Source: an uncultured Eubacteriales bacterium (lineage in GTDB: Bacteria; Actinomycetota; Coriobacteriia; Anaerosomatales; CAVRZR01). Taken from it: a stretch of 64,000 bases of DNA. The DNA lies in the NCBI GenBank assembly GCA_964354215.1, contig CAYGYT010000001.1, forward strand, positions 146,054 through 210,053. The letters run 5' to 3'. The notes beneath the pieces are model-generated. The model saw only the letters and a program-made list of their open reading frames with translations. It was not told the origin of the DNA and ran no database searches. Below, piece by piece: positions 36,301 through 44,801 of the stretch (position 1 is its first letter; the number at the start of each line of letters is the position of its first letter). The translations under genes were made by a program, and so were the position numbers.

Positions 36301-38031
36301 GGTTGCGCTCGCCCTCGCGGCGTCGGGAACCGCCATGTCGTAGGCGTCCCAGTTGAGCAGGCCCGCGAGCGTGTAGGGAATGCCTGCGTCCGCCTGGGAA
36401 GCGCTCAGAGCGAACGCGAGGCGGGACTCGCCGGCTATCGTCGACCAGATCGGCAGCTTCGCCGTACCTTCGTCGCTACCCGAGGGGAGTGCTGCGAACT
36501 CGTTGTAGGCGCTCTCCAAGATGTGCTGCGGCGGGAACACGACGACCAACTTGGCTGTGTTGAGCGTCCTGCTGCGTCGCACAAGCTTGGGTGTCCCCGA
36601 AGTAACGAGCGACAGGTTGCTGAACTCGAAGCGGAGCCGGAGCATGTCCTCCGGTCTTGTGACGGTGACCGCCGAGGCATTCGGTAGCACGATGACACCG
36701 GGGTCGATGATGTCGATGATGCCCGGATCGATTGCGGCTGCCTGAGCCCTCATCGACCTCGCAGGCGGCTTCTGAGTGCCGAGGTTGAGCGCGACCGTGC
36801 TGCCTTCCGGATAGCGGATGGGCTCGACGATCGCGTCGCCCATCGGGACTGAGACGGCTGCTACCGCGGGTCGGCAGACGACGCGGTCCGCGACGCGGCC
36901 CGTGCCGGTCATCTCGAATGGTGTCGAACCGGGTCCGGAGCCGACCAGCAGTGCGTACCCCTTTCCGTGCAGCCACGAGCTCTGCTCGGGGAAGTCAGCG
37001 GCAAGTGCGAACGACTCGCCGTCGGCGTCGAATGCGCGCGCGTAGCGCAGGGCGGCGAGCGGGACCTCCACGGCCCTCCCGCGGGAGTTGCGAAGGGCCT
37101 TGGAGGCGAACAACGCCTTCGCGTCGGGGCCCGTAGAAGTTGCCACTACCGCGCGGTAGGGGTAGCCGTCGGCGGTCTCGGCCGCCTCGAGCGTGATGGT
37201 GTCGAACGCATCCTTCGCGAGCGCGACGCCTCCGGCACCGTTGCCGGAGGGCGCGGCGAGCGTCCACTCGCGCGTGCCACGCTCTATGGTGACGAGCGTG
37301 CGACGCTTGATTCGCCGAGTGAACAGCGAGGGCACATTCTCGGACGGCAGCGCGATCGTGACGGTGTCGCCAACGATACCCGAGCCGAGCCCGGTCACAC
37401 GGGCGATGCTCGAGCCCTCGATCTTGAGCGTCCAGTCCGGGCCGAACGTGGCGGTGCCGCTTCCGGAGAGCTTGATCGCCGAGAGTCCCTTGAGCGGACA
37501 CGTCTCGCCCGAGAAGCGCACCGCCGAGGAGGCGATGGCCTCGCCGGCGAGCCACTTGGCGAGCGGAACCTCTGCGTCGAACCCGCCGAGCCTCGAGCGG
37601 ATCCGCAGACGCATCCCGGCGCCTGCGCCGACAGTCTCGAACGACAGGTCCGCGGGAAGCTCGGTGCCGGGGAAGCGTGCGCCGGAGAGGGCGACCACGG
37701 TGCCAGTCGCGCTCTTGGTCACGGCGAGCTTCGGCGCACCTGCAAAGCGCGCGGTGTCGAGAACGAGCGCGTTGCTCCCGGCAGCGAAGCGTGCGCGCTT
37801 CGAGCTCGCAGTGACGCTCACCGGTCCCAACGCTGCGAACGCCGGCACGGCTCCCGTGGCGTTCGCGACTGTCGCCGCCGCGACGCCGGCGATCGCCACC
37901 GCCTCACGGCGCGTGACCTTGAGCGCGTCGGGGCCGAGCGCTACCAGCGAGTCGACCGTCTCGGCGGGGGGCGCCTTCATCGGCAGCCTTGTCTCGCGGA
38001 GCGCGGCGATGTTGAGGCGGACGCGGCTCAT
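33379..38031 (-). CDS. Giant hypothetical protein A (~1550 aa) with Tat-like leader and Gly/beta-strand-rich C-terminus
   Basis: This is an uninterrupted 4.65 kb ORF. ATG 38031 follows GGAAGAGGGG; an alternative start is ATG 37980. The leader is KVTRREAVAIAGVAAATVANATGAVPAFA-A. The track start at 38199 adds an Arg-rich, non-coding-like extension. Confidence 0.8.
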   Translation of the reverse strand: MSRVRLNIAALRETRLPMKAPPAETVDSLVALGPDALKVTRREAVAIAGVAAATVANATGAVPAFAALGPVSVTASSKRARFAAGSNALVLDTARFAGAPKLAVTKSATGTVVALSGARFPGTELPADLSFETVGAGAGMRLRIRSRLGGFDAEVPLAKWLAGEAIASSAVRFSGETCPLKGLSAIKLSGSGTATFGPDWTLKIEGSSIARVTGLGSGIVGDTVTIALPSENVPSLFTRRIKRRTLVTIERGTREWTLAAPSGNGAGGVALAKDAFDTITLEAAETADGYPYRAVVATSTGPDAKALFASKALRNSRGRAVEVPLAALRYARAFDADGESFALAADFPEQSSWLHGKGYALLVGSGPGSTPFEMTGTGRVADRVVCRPAVAAVSVPMGDAIVEPIRYPEGSTVALNLGTQKPPARSMRAQAAAIDPGIIDIIDPGVIVLPNASAVTVTRPEDMLRLRFEFSNLSLVTSGTPKLVRRSRTLNTAKLVVVFPPQHILESAYNEFAALPSGSDEGTAKLPIWSTIAGESRLAFALSASQADAGIPYTLAGLLNWDAYDMAVPDAARASATVPQTLVEPTDFETSIEAPWGLYLSPTQYARWTHKADAVGQNNVYELWHTKYVGDYRPIFIALGEEASDRGSATRSAAIGPAIGGAIIGTRPPITDAVRFGLTSPKVRAVWARYYQQRKDNPLTSIIPSVPSELRRRNSFTRSAEVAQDPLGVRNRWTVADLTGRYRKPAVDVRQLMLTSQGAWMNVLGNWATDEYTNPPESLNIIAALLTWEHRMTQGRDHYVKLVFAGRIFPFGHKAVEVQVTERKFRTEPGSSRPVAYLLQRNFIVIREPVRTYDFADYPGKAYRARQMPFKKVEFKTLITPPISTTAAQLSDGVAGMYSYWVRDAVNTTKDIMFQIEATDWDGTLIKFEAPMIFVDENIAVRKLSSTPDSTNLGPVAVAYQGKSIDMRGQVITYAEPLPSGVPKDTRQLPTQWMKFSAETLRPTQVGGGERLFHPRLHLSGVRLDIAEQITNQVASTPINLADVYLNNGYSGPNAKGMAFANVNPKLTSLIPFTPGIIVSMDNDGLPLQFPGSQAGGLATPSQVLKGLSAYAGPFGGAVDAFADGFGDGTDFNPGDFFGSLLEAKLIGGVKLIDLLTSVLGLDDIPGFTKRIEGPEGDKKLIVAFDWNVDNTSTQKIKKALIFEPTSSTKVHLKAEMTKSLSNLEAAPTSIIEGSLSDFYINLIGDDALFMNLVFGTFTMSSINGESPKINPGLEDVLFAGPLEFLNELRQFLGVFGGGGQGAQALAKGSKTEEMALGSFNIGPFLVEFDTAGLFISISLAIPNISVGAMSLSNMTLGAKISLLWDGSPILVDFNFCTKESQMTISVCGWGGGGYVLLKLATGDPFLRMLEIGFWFGASASIDIGVASGSVEIKGGFTFTITDDGSTETLKFEAYIRLSGRLDILGIIKVSLTFELVLTYEQFTKGSDKGDKLTGTATLTIEIEILFFSFSVNATCSQEIAGKDPRFGDTYDESEWIAYCKAFAPATLGA

Positions 38032-38478
38032 CTCGATACCCCTCTTCCGGCCGAAGGAGCGGGATGCGACGGTGGCACCGCCGAGCAAGCGGGGAAGAAC
38101 GAAGCGCCGACGCGGTTGGGTGCGTCGGCGCTGTGGGTAGTCTGTGAAGCCGGATTCGATGAGGGGCTGCTCGGCCCCGGCGGAGCGCTCGACGCGCAAC
38201 GAGGCTCGGACGAGGCTCGAGTCTCGAGCGCGTCAGGGAAACGGTGTATCGACCGGCCAGCGCTCAGCGGGTACCCCTGTTTCCACAAACCTCGGGTGGC
38301 TCGCGACGATTCGCGACGCGAATAGCGAACCCAAGAAAGAGTATGCCCCTTGGGAGCTCTGGCGAGTTACTCTCGTGCGACCAGCGGTCACTGACGTGTG
38401 ACCGACGGCACACTCACGCGGCGCGTATGCCGAGCGCGTACGCCGAGCCCATCCCGACGAAGCACCCGGGCGGCAGCG

Positions 38479-40329
38479 CTACATCTGCGCCTTGCCGACC
38501 CAGATCGTGACGTTGGCGCCACGATTGAGCTGGGTGTTAGGCAGCGGGTCCTGGGTCAGGACGAATCCCACGTCGGGACTGATCTGGTAGTTGACGGTCA
38601 CCTGAAGGCCGAGGTTCTCCAGCGTTGAAATAGCGTCAGCCTCGCCTTGGCCGGTCACATCCGGCACCGTGACGAGCTGCGGGCCCTTCGAGACGAGGAT
38701 CGTGATCCGGGTGCCGACCATGACGAACACCCCGCTGATGGGCGACTGGCTGATGACCACACCCTTCTTCACGGTCTCGCTGTAGTCCTCGCTCACCTTG
38801 ACCTTGAAGCCCGCGGCGGTAAGCGCCTTGTTCGCGTCGGACTGGGACTTCCCGACAACGTCCGGTACCTGCCTGAGCTCCGGTCCTTCGGAGATGACGA
38901 GTGCGATGAGCGACCCTCGTGCGGCTTGCGCGCCAGCGGCCGGTGCCTGGCTGACGACGTCGCCCTTCGGCACTTTGCTATTGGGCTTTCGTTGCGGGAC
39001 GTCAAGCTCGAAGCCGGAACTGCGCGCGAGCCTGGTCGCGTCGGACTCGTTCATGCCTTTCAGGTCGGGCACCTCGAGGAGTTCGACGCCCTTGCTCACG
39101 ACGAGATCGATCTTGGTGTCCTTCTCGACTTCGACCCCCACACCGGGCGACTGGTCGATGACAATGCCCGCCGTCACCTCGTCGCTGTAGGTCTGCTCTA
39201 CGGTTCCTACCGCGAGCTCCTCCGCCGTGAGCCGCGCTTCCGCTTGTGCGAGCGTCTGACCGCTCAAGTCCGGAACCACGATGCCGGAGGGTCCGAGCAC
39301 GCCCGCGGTCCAGGCCCAGATCAACCCGCCCACTGCCAGCACGCCGACGATCGCGGCGATCCACGGCCACGGGCTTGTCTTGCGCGGAGGTGAGGCCGGG
39401 CGCGACTGGGTCGTCGTCGTACCCTCGCCGACCGCCGGCATCACGGAGGTCTCAGCCATGCCCGCACCGGCCGCGGCGGCCATCGCCGCATCCCCCGCCA
39501 GCGCCTCGGTCTGCTGGCCCTGCGACACGCGGATAAGGTCGCGGCGCATCTCCTCGGCCGACGCGTAGCGGTCTTGCGGGTTCTTCGCCATGGCCTTGAG
39601 GATCACGGCTTCGAGCGAGGCGGGAATCGCCGGATTGATCGTGCGCGGAGCGATGGGCGGCTCGTTGACCTGCTTGAGCGCTACCGAGACAGGCGTATCG
39701 CCGTCGAACGGGAGGCGTCCGGTCGAGAGTTCATACAGAACGATGCCGAGCGAGTACAGGTCGCTCGTCGGGCCGAGGGGCCGACCCTGCGCCTGCTCCG
39801 GACTGACGTACTGCGCGGTGCCGAGCACGGAGCCGGTCTGCGTCATGTTCGTGTTGCCGGCGCGCGCAATGCCGAAGTCCATGACCTTGATCTGACCGTC
39901 CGGCGTGAGCACGATGTTCTGTGGTTTGATGTCGCGGTGGATGATGTCGTAGCCGTGGGCCACCGACAGCGCGGCCGCGACCTGGGCCCCGTACTCGGCG
40001 ACCTTCACGGGGTCGATCGCGCCGCGTTCCTCCACGAGTGCTTTGAGATCGGTGCCTCGGACGTACTCCATAACGATGTAGTACGTCTCGCCGTCTTGAC
40101 CCCAGTCGTAGATGTTGACGATGTTGGGGTGCGAGAGGTTGGCCGCCGATGCGGCCTCGTGCCTGAACCGCTGCACGAAGTTGGGATCGGTCGCGTATCG
40201 GGGGTGCAGGACTTTGACAGCCACGGTCCTGCCGAGGACCTCGTCGACCGCCTTGTAGACGTCGGCCATGCCGCCGGAGCCGATCGTCTCGATCGCCCGG
40301 TACCTTCGGCCGAACACGCGATCCTCCAC
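38479..40329 (-). CDS. pknB: Ser/Thr protein kinase with four PASTA domains
   Basis: Hanks kinase blocks are GSGGMADVYKA, VAVK, HRDIKPQN, DFGIA and SPEQ. A single TM is followed by four repeats beginning VPDLSG / VPDLKG / VPDVVG / VPDVTG. Confidence 0.9.
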   Translation of the reverse strand: MEDRVFGRRYRAIETIGSGGMADVYKAVDEVLGRTVAVKVLHPRYATDPNFVQRFRHEAASAANLSHPNIVNIYDWGQDGETYYIVMEYVRGTDLKALVEERGAIDPVKVAEYGAQVAAALSVAHGYDIIHRDIKPQNIVLTPDGQIKVMDFGIARAGNTNMTQTGSVLGTAQYVSPEQAQGRPLGPTSDLYSLGIVLYELSTGRLPFDGDTPVSVALKQVNEPPIAPRTINPAIPASLEAVILKAMAKNPQDRYASAEEMRRDLIRVSQGQQTEALAGDAAMAAAAGAGMAETSVMPAVGEGTTTTQSRPASPPRKTSPWPWIAAIVGVLAVGGLIWAWTAGVLGPSGIVVPDLSGQTLAQAEARLTAEELAVGTVEQTYSDEVTAGIVIDQSPGVGVEVEKDTKIDLVVSKGVELLEVPDLKGMNESDATRLARSSGFELDVPQRKPNSKVPKGDVVSQAPAAGAQAARGSLIALVISEGPELRQVPDVVGKSQSDANKALTAAGFKVKVSEDYSETVKKGVVISQSPISGVFVMVGTRITILVSKGPQLVTVPDVTGQGEADAISTLENLGLQVTVNYQISPDVGFVLTQDPLPNTQLNRGANVTIWVGKAQM

Positions 40330-40443
40330 GCTGACCCCCGTTTGAGTCAGGCCCGGGAATGTCCCGCGCCACCTGCTATTCTAGCCCGACCCCGCAGGGT
40401 CGTGGCGCTAACGGTTCTGCGACGCTTCACCGAAGCCCACGGG

Positions 40444-43194
40444 CTACCTCGATCCCTGTGCCGTGAGGGCCGCTTCGAGCACCGGCTTGGCGGCGGGTGC
40501 GGCCACCCGTCCGCCCACACCCGCGTTCTCGAGCACGATCGACATCGCGACGGTTGGGTTGTCGGCTGGCGCGAATGCGATGAACCATGCGTGTGTCCCG
40601 ACTGACTTTCCCGCCTCGGCGGTCCCCGTCTTCCCGGCCACCTTCACGCCCGGGATTCGAGCGCGGGCACCCGAGCCGTGCTCCACGACCTCCACCATCA
40701 GATCGCGCACGGTCGCGGCCGTCGCCGGTTCAACGGCGGTGAGCCAGCCGCGAGTGGGTGTCGTCGCGAGGACCCGCCCCGCCTCGTCGCGAACGCTGTT
40801 GATGATGTGTGGCTCCATGATGAGGCCCGCGTTTGCCACGCCCGATGCGACGAGCGCCATCTCGAACGCCGTGGCCTGCGGCCCGGGCGGGCTCTCGTGC
40901 TCCCCGACGGGCTGTCCGACGCCCGCCCACGCGGTCTCCCACACGGTCATCTCGGCGGGGTCGGGCATGAGCGATGTCTTCACCGGCAGCTCGAAGGGCG
41001 TGGTGTGGTCGAAGCCGTACGCGTCGGCCTGCGCGACGAGGCGATCGGGCCCCAGGTCCACCGCGAGCTGTGCGAACACGGTGTTGACCGAGCGGGCGAG
41101 CGCGGTGGCCAGATCGAGCAAGCCGTACGAGCCACCCTCGAAGTTGGTCACGGGCGCGTTGCCGATCTCGATTCGGCCCGGACCGGGATACGTGGTCTCG
41201 GGCGTCGCGATGCCCGCGCCGAGCGCGCCGGAGAGCGTGACTACCTTGAAGGTCGATCCCGGTGGGTAGAGGGCCTGCGTCGCTCGGCTTACCAGCGGAG
41301 CGCCCTTCGCCGAGGAGAGCGTCTTCCACTGGTCGTCGATGATCGCTGGTGGATAGCTCGGCGAGGAGGCGAGCGCGAGCACGGAGTTGTCCCGCGGGTC
41401 GAACACGACACAGGCGCCACGCTGTCCTGTGAGCGCGGCCTGTGCGGCCTTCTGCACTGTGGAGTCGATGGTGAGCACCACGTCGTTGCCGGTCACGGGG
41501 ATGCCCGCAGCGGCGTCGATCACATCTTGGAAGCTCCCGAACACACGGCGCCCCGAGAGGACCTCGTTGGCGGCGCGCTCGACGCCGGCCCGACCGTACG
41601 TGGGCGAGGTGTAGCCGACGACATGAGCGGCGAGCACTCCCGCGGGGTAGCGGCGCTTGAACGTGCCACCCCTAGCCGGCACCGACTCGGCGAGCACGGC
41701 GCCGTCGGCAGTGACGATGGCGCCCCGGTCGCCCCGTGCCTCCTCGGCGAGCAACCGTGTATTCGCGGGATGGTTGCGGAGCCTATCCGCCTGGACCACC
41801 TGCACGTACGTGAGGTTCACCACGAGCGCGACGAGCAGGATGGAGATCACGTCGGCCACGCGTACGAGCCTGCGCGAGAGCGCCACGCGTCCCAGCACGC
41901 CGATGTCACCCGCAGTCGTCTGCATCTCGGTTTCGACGCCGGTGGCCTCGTCGCCCGCGCGCAGCAGCAGGCCGAGCAGCATGAAGTTGGCGATGATGGA
42001 CGAGCCGCCATAGCTCACGAACGGAAGCGTGACACCGGTCAGCGGCACGAGGCGGGTGACCCCCCCGATGATGACGAACGTTTGCAGCCCGATAGCCGCA
42101 ACGAGCCCCGTCGCCGTGAGCGCCGCCATGTCGGAGCGGGCGCGCGCTGCCGTGGCGAGGCCACGCAGGCAGAACACGGCGTAGGCTATGATGAGCCCCA
42201 CACCGCCCACGAGCCCGAGCTCCTCGCCGATGGCCGCGAAGATGAAGTCGGTCTCCACTGAGGGGATACGGCCTGGTAGTCCTCGGCCGACTCCGACGCC
42301 GGTGACACTGCCCGCGGCAAGCGCGAAGAGCGACTGGACGAGCTGGTAGCCCCGATCGGCCGCGTCGGCGAAGGGGTGCAACCAGATCTCAACGCGCGTC
42401 TGCACGTGCGCGAACATGAAGTACGCGGCGGTGGCTCCGGCGGCGAAGAGCACTACCCCCACGATTACGTAGCTGATGCGTCCGGTGGCCGCGTAGATCA
42501 TCACGAGGAAGATGCCGAAGAAGAGCAGGCTCGACCCCAGGTCCTTTTCGGCGATGAGCACGAAGAGCGATATCGCCCACATGAGTAGGAGCGGGCCGAG
42601 CTGTTTGAGCGGGGGCATCCACACCCCAAGTACTCGGCGCGTCGAGATCGAGAGCAGCTCACGGTTCTCGGCAAGGTATGCGGCGAGGAAGAGCACGACG
42701 AGGATCTTCGCGACCTCGCCGGGCTGGAACGAGAGGCCGCCGAAGCGCAGCCAGAGCTTCGCGCCGTTCACCTCGCGTCCGACGAGCGCGGGCAGAACCA
42801 GCAGAGCGATGCCTGTGAGCATGATTGTGTACTTGTAGCGCGCGAGGCGTTCGAGCGAGCGCACCATCACAAGCATGAGTGCGAGTACCGCCACTCCGCT
42901 GAAGAGCCACACGATCTGGCTCTTGCCGAGCTCGGGATCGAGCCGAGTGACAAACGCGACGCCGACGCCCGAGAGCAGCGCCGCGATGGGCAGCAACGCG
43001 GGGTCGGCGGCGGGTGCGGTCAGTCGTACGGCAACGTGAGCGATGCCGAATGCCGCGATCAGCCCGGCGGGCACGATGAGGTCGGCAAGCGCGATCGACT
43101 TGGACGCCTGTGCCTGCACGAGGGCGAAGATCAGCAACACGACGGGAGCAACCGCGAGGAGCAGGAGGAGTTCGAGTGTGCGTGGGTTCTTCAT
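40444..43194 (-). CDS. Fused SEDS glycosyltransferase (RodA/FtsW) - class B penicillin-binding protein (PbpA-like)
   Basis: The N-terminal ~420 aa are polytopic and end in the SEDS signature LPFVSYGGSS. The C-terminal half carries the transpeptidase motifs STFK, SVN and KTGT. It is one continuous 916-codon ORF. Confidence 0.85.
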   Translation of the reverse strand: MKNPRTLELLLLLAVAPVVLLIFALVQAQASKSIALADLIVPAGLIAAFGIAHVAVRLTAPAADPALLPIAALLSGVGVAFVTRLDPELGKSQIVWLFSGVAVLALMLVMVRSLERLARYKYTIMLTGIALLVLPALVGREVNGAKLWLRFGGLSFQPGEVAKILVVLFLAAYLAENRELLSISTRRVLGVWMPPLKQLGPLLLMWAISLFVLIAEKDLGSSLLFFGIFLVMIYAATGRISYVIVGVVLFAAGATAAYFMFAHVQTRVEIWLHPFADAADRGYQLVQSLFALAAGSVTGVGVGRGLPGRIPSVETDFIFAAIGEELGLVGGVGLIIAYAVFCLRGLATAARARSDMAALTATGLVAAIGLQTFVIIGGVTRLVPLTGVTLPFVSYGGSSIIANFMLLGLLLRAGDEATGVETEMQTTAGDIGVLGRVALSRRLVRVADVISILLVALVVNLTYVQVVQADRLRNHPANTRLLAEEARGDRGAIVTADGAVLAESVPARGGTFKRRYPAGVLAAHVVGYTSPTYGRAGVERAANEVLSGRRVFGSFQDVIDAAAGIPVTGNDVVLTIDSTVQKAAQAALTGQRGACVVFDPRDNSVLALASSPSYPPAIIDDQWKTLSSAKGAPLVSRATQALYPPGSTFKVVTLSGALGAGIATPETTYPGPGRIEIGNAPVTNFEGGSYGLLDLATALARSVNTVFAQLAVDLGPDRLVAQADAYGFDHTTPFELPVKTSLMPDPAEMTVWETAWAGVGQPVGEHESPPGPQATAFEMALVASGVANAGLIMEPHIINSVRDEAGRVLATTPTRGWLTAVEPATAATVRDLMVEVVEHGSGARARIPGVKVAGKTGTAEAGKSVGTHAWFIAFAPADNPTVAMSIVLENAGVGGRVAAPAAKPVLEAALTAQGSR

Positions 43195-43197
43195 GGG

Positions 43198-44379
43198 TCA
43201 GGGTCTCGGGGTCGCGCTCGTCACGCCCGACGGCGATTGAGCACCCGGCATCGCGATGGGAAGCTCCGAGCGGTACTGCTCCACCAGCGCGAGCGCAGGC
43301 GCAAGCCCCTCGGTGCGGATGCCCTCGGCAAGTCGTCCCGCGAGCAGCGGGTCGAGGCCGGCGATCGGCACGGTCGTCTCCACTTCACGCCAGTGCAGCG
43401 ACACGCCGCCGAGCGATCCGGGGACGCCTCGATACACGACGACGAAGCCGTTCTCGCCGACGAGGTAGGCCTGGGTACGGGCATAGCTCCACGTCGCATA
43501 CCCGATGCCGCCGACGACGAGAGCCGCGACAAGCACAAACGCCGCGACGGCAAGCCAGCTTCGGAGCGCCCCCGAGCGCGGGGTGCTGGCGCCCGCTTCG
43601 CCCGCGTCTGCCGTCCCGCTTCCGCGACTCGCGCGGGCTGCGCGCCACCCGCGCCCTCGGCTGCTGCCGCCGATATCGACCACGACAACGGTGATGTTGT
43701 CTTGCCCTCCCGCCTCGTTCGCCGCCGCGACGAGCGCTCGCGCGGCATCCTGCGGGTCAGGGTTCGCTTCGAGCAACGCAGCGATCTCGGCATCTTCAAG
43801 CATCCCCGTGAGGCCGTCGCTCGCGAGAAGCAGGCGGTCGCCCGGCGCGGTCTCGATGTCGTAGGTGTCCGCGCACATGTTCGGGTCGGTGCCCAGGGCA
43901 CGGGTGATGACGCTCCGGTTGGGGTGACGACGCGACTCCTCTTCGGTGAGCTGACCTCGGCGTATCATGTCCGCGACCATTGAATGGTCTTCGGTGAGCC
44001 GCTCGAGGCCGCCCTCGTGCATGAGGTATGCCCGACTGTCGCCCACGTGCGCGATGGCGATGTGCGAGCCCTCGACGATCGCGGCGGTGAGCGTGGTGCC
44101 CATGCCCGAGCGGCCGGAGCGCTCCTCGGCCGCGTCGATGACGGACCGGTTGGCCGCATGTACCGCGCGGGCGAGCGCTTTGGAGTCTGCGTGAAGCGGC
44201 GCGTTCGCCACGAGCGTCTCGATGGCGATCGACGAGGCGATCTCGCCGGCCTGGTGGCCCCCGAGGCCGTCGGCGACAGCGAAGAGCGGCGGTTCGGCCA
44301 AGAGCGCGTCCTCGTTGTGTGTGCGAACGCGACCGATGTCGGTCAGGAGCCCGTAGTGGTCCGGCGTGCGCCCGCTCAC
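43198..44379 (-). CDS. pstP: PP2C-family Ser/Thr phosphatase with TM and extracytoplasmic domain
   Basis: Blocks seen: NED, AVADGLGGH.AGE, DGLT, QDNITVVVVD, then a TM helix. Confidence 0.85.
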   Translation of the reverse strand: MSGRTPDHYGLLTDIGRVRTHNEDALLAEPPLFAVADGLGGHQAGEIASSIAIETLVANAPLHADSKALARAVHAANRSVIDAAEERSGRSGMGTTLTAAIVEGSHIAIAHVGDSRAYLMHEGGLERLTEDHSMVADMIRRGQLTEEESRRHPNRSVITRALGTDPNMCADTYDIETAPGDRLLLASDGLTGMLEDAEIAALLEANPDPQDAARALVAAANEAGGQDNITVVVVDIGGSSRGRGWRAARASRGSGTADAGEAGASTPRSGALRSWLAVAAFVLVAALVVGGIGYATWSYARTQAYLVGENGFVVVYRGVPGSLGGVSLHWREVETTVPIAGLDPLLAGRLAEGIRTEGLAPALALVEQYRSELPIAMPGAQSPSGVTSATPRP

Positions 44380-44798
44380 GTGCGCTCCACTCTGAGCGTG
44401 ACGGTGCCGAGTCCGATGACCGAGCCTACTTGGACGGGAGCGATTCCCCGCACGAGCACGCCGTCGAGCAAGGTCCCGTTAGTGGAGCCGAGGTCCTCGA
44501 GCATCGCGCCGTCACGCGCGGGCGTGACCCGGGCGTGACGAGCCGAGACGAAATCGTCGGCAATGACGATGTCCGCGCCGGGCGAGCGGCCGATCACGAT
44601 GGGGCCGCGGATGGGGAGCCGCGTGCCGCGAAGTTCCCTCGGCCCCTCGGCCACCGCAAGCACGAGCTCGCCGCTGCCAGCGCGGCTCGACGAGCGGCCG
44701 GCGACCATGCCGACGCCGGTCTTGATGGCAGCGAAGAGGAAGAGGTATAGGAGCACGAGCAGGAGGAGCTTGCCCGCGAGAAGGGCTATCTCGAACAT
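44376..44798 (-). CDS. fhaB: Membrane-anchored FHA domain protein
   Basis: An N-terminal TM is followed by the FHA block IGRSPGADIVI.D..VS.RHA.......LEDLGSTNGT. Confidence 0.75.
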   Translation of the reverse strand: MFEIALLAGKLLLLVLLYLFLFAAIKTGVGMVAGRSSSRAGSGELVLAVAEGPRELRGTRLPIRGPIVIGRSPGADIVIADDFVSARHARVTPARDGAMLEDLGSTNGTLLDGVLVRGIAPVQVGSVIGLGTVTLRVERT

Positions 44799-44801
44799 CC
44801 G

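Noticed and set aside
28880-38031. The giant ORF pair considered as an NTPase-type defence system (Druantia/Zorya-like) or an RHS/Tc-type toxin.
   Set aside because: Neither protein has a Walker A/B, helicase, nuclease or methylase motif, YD/RHS repeats or a recognisable toxin tip. The context is envelope-related rather than a defence island. The function is left open.
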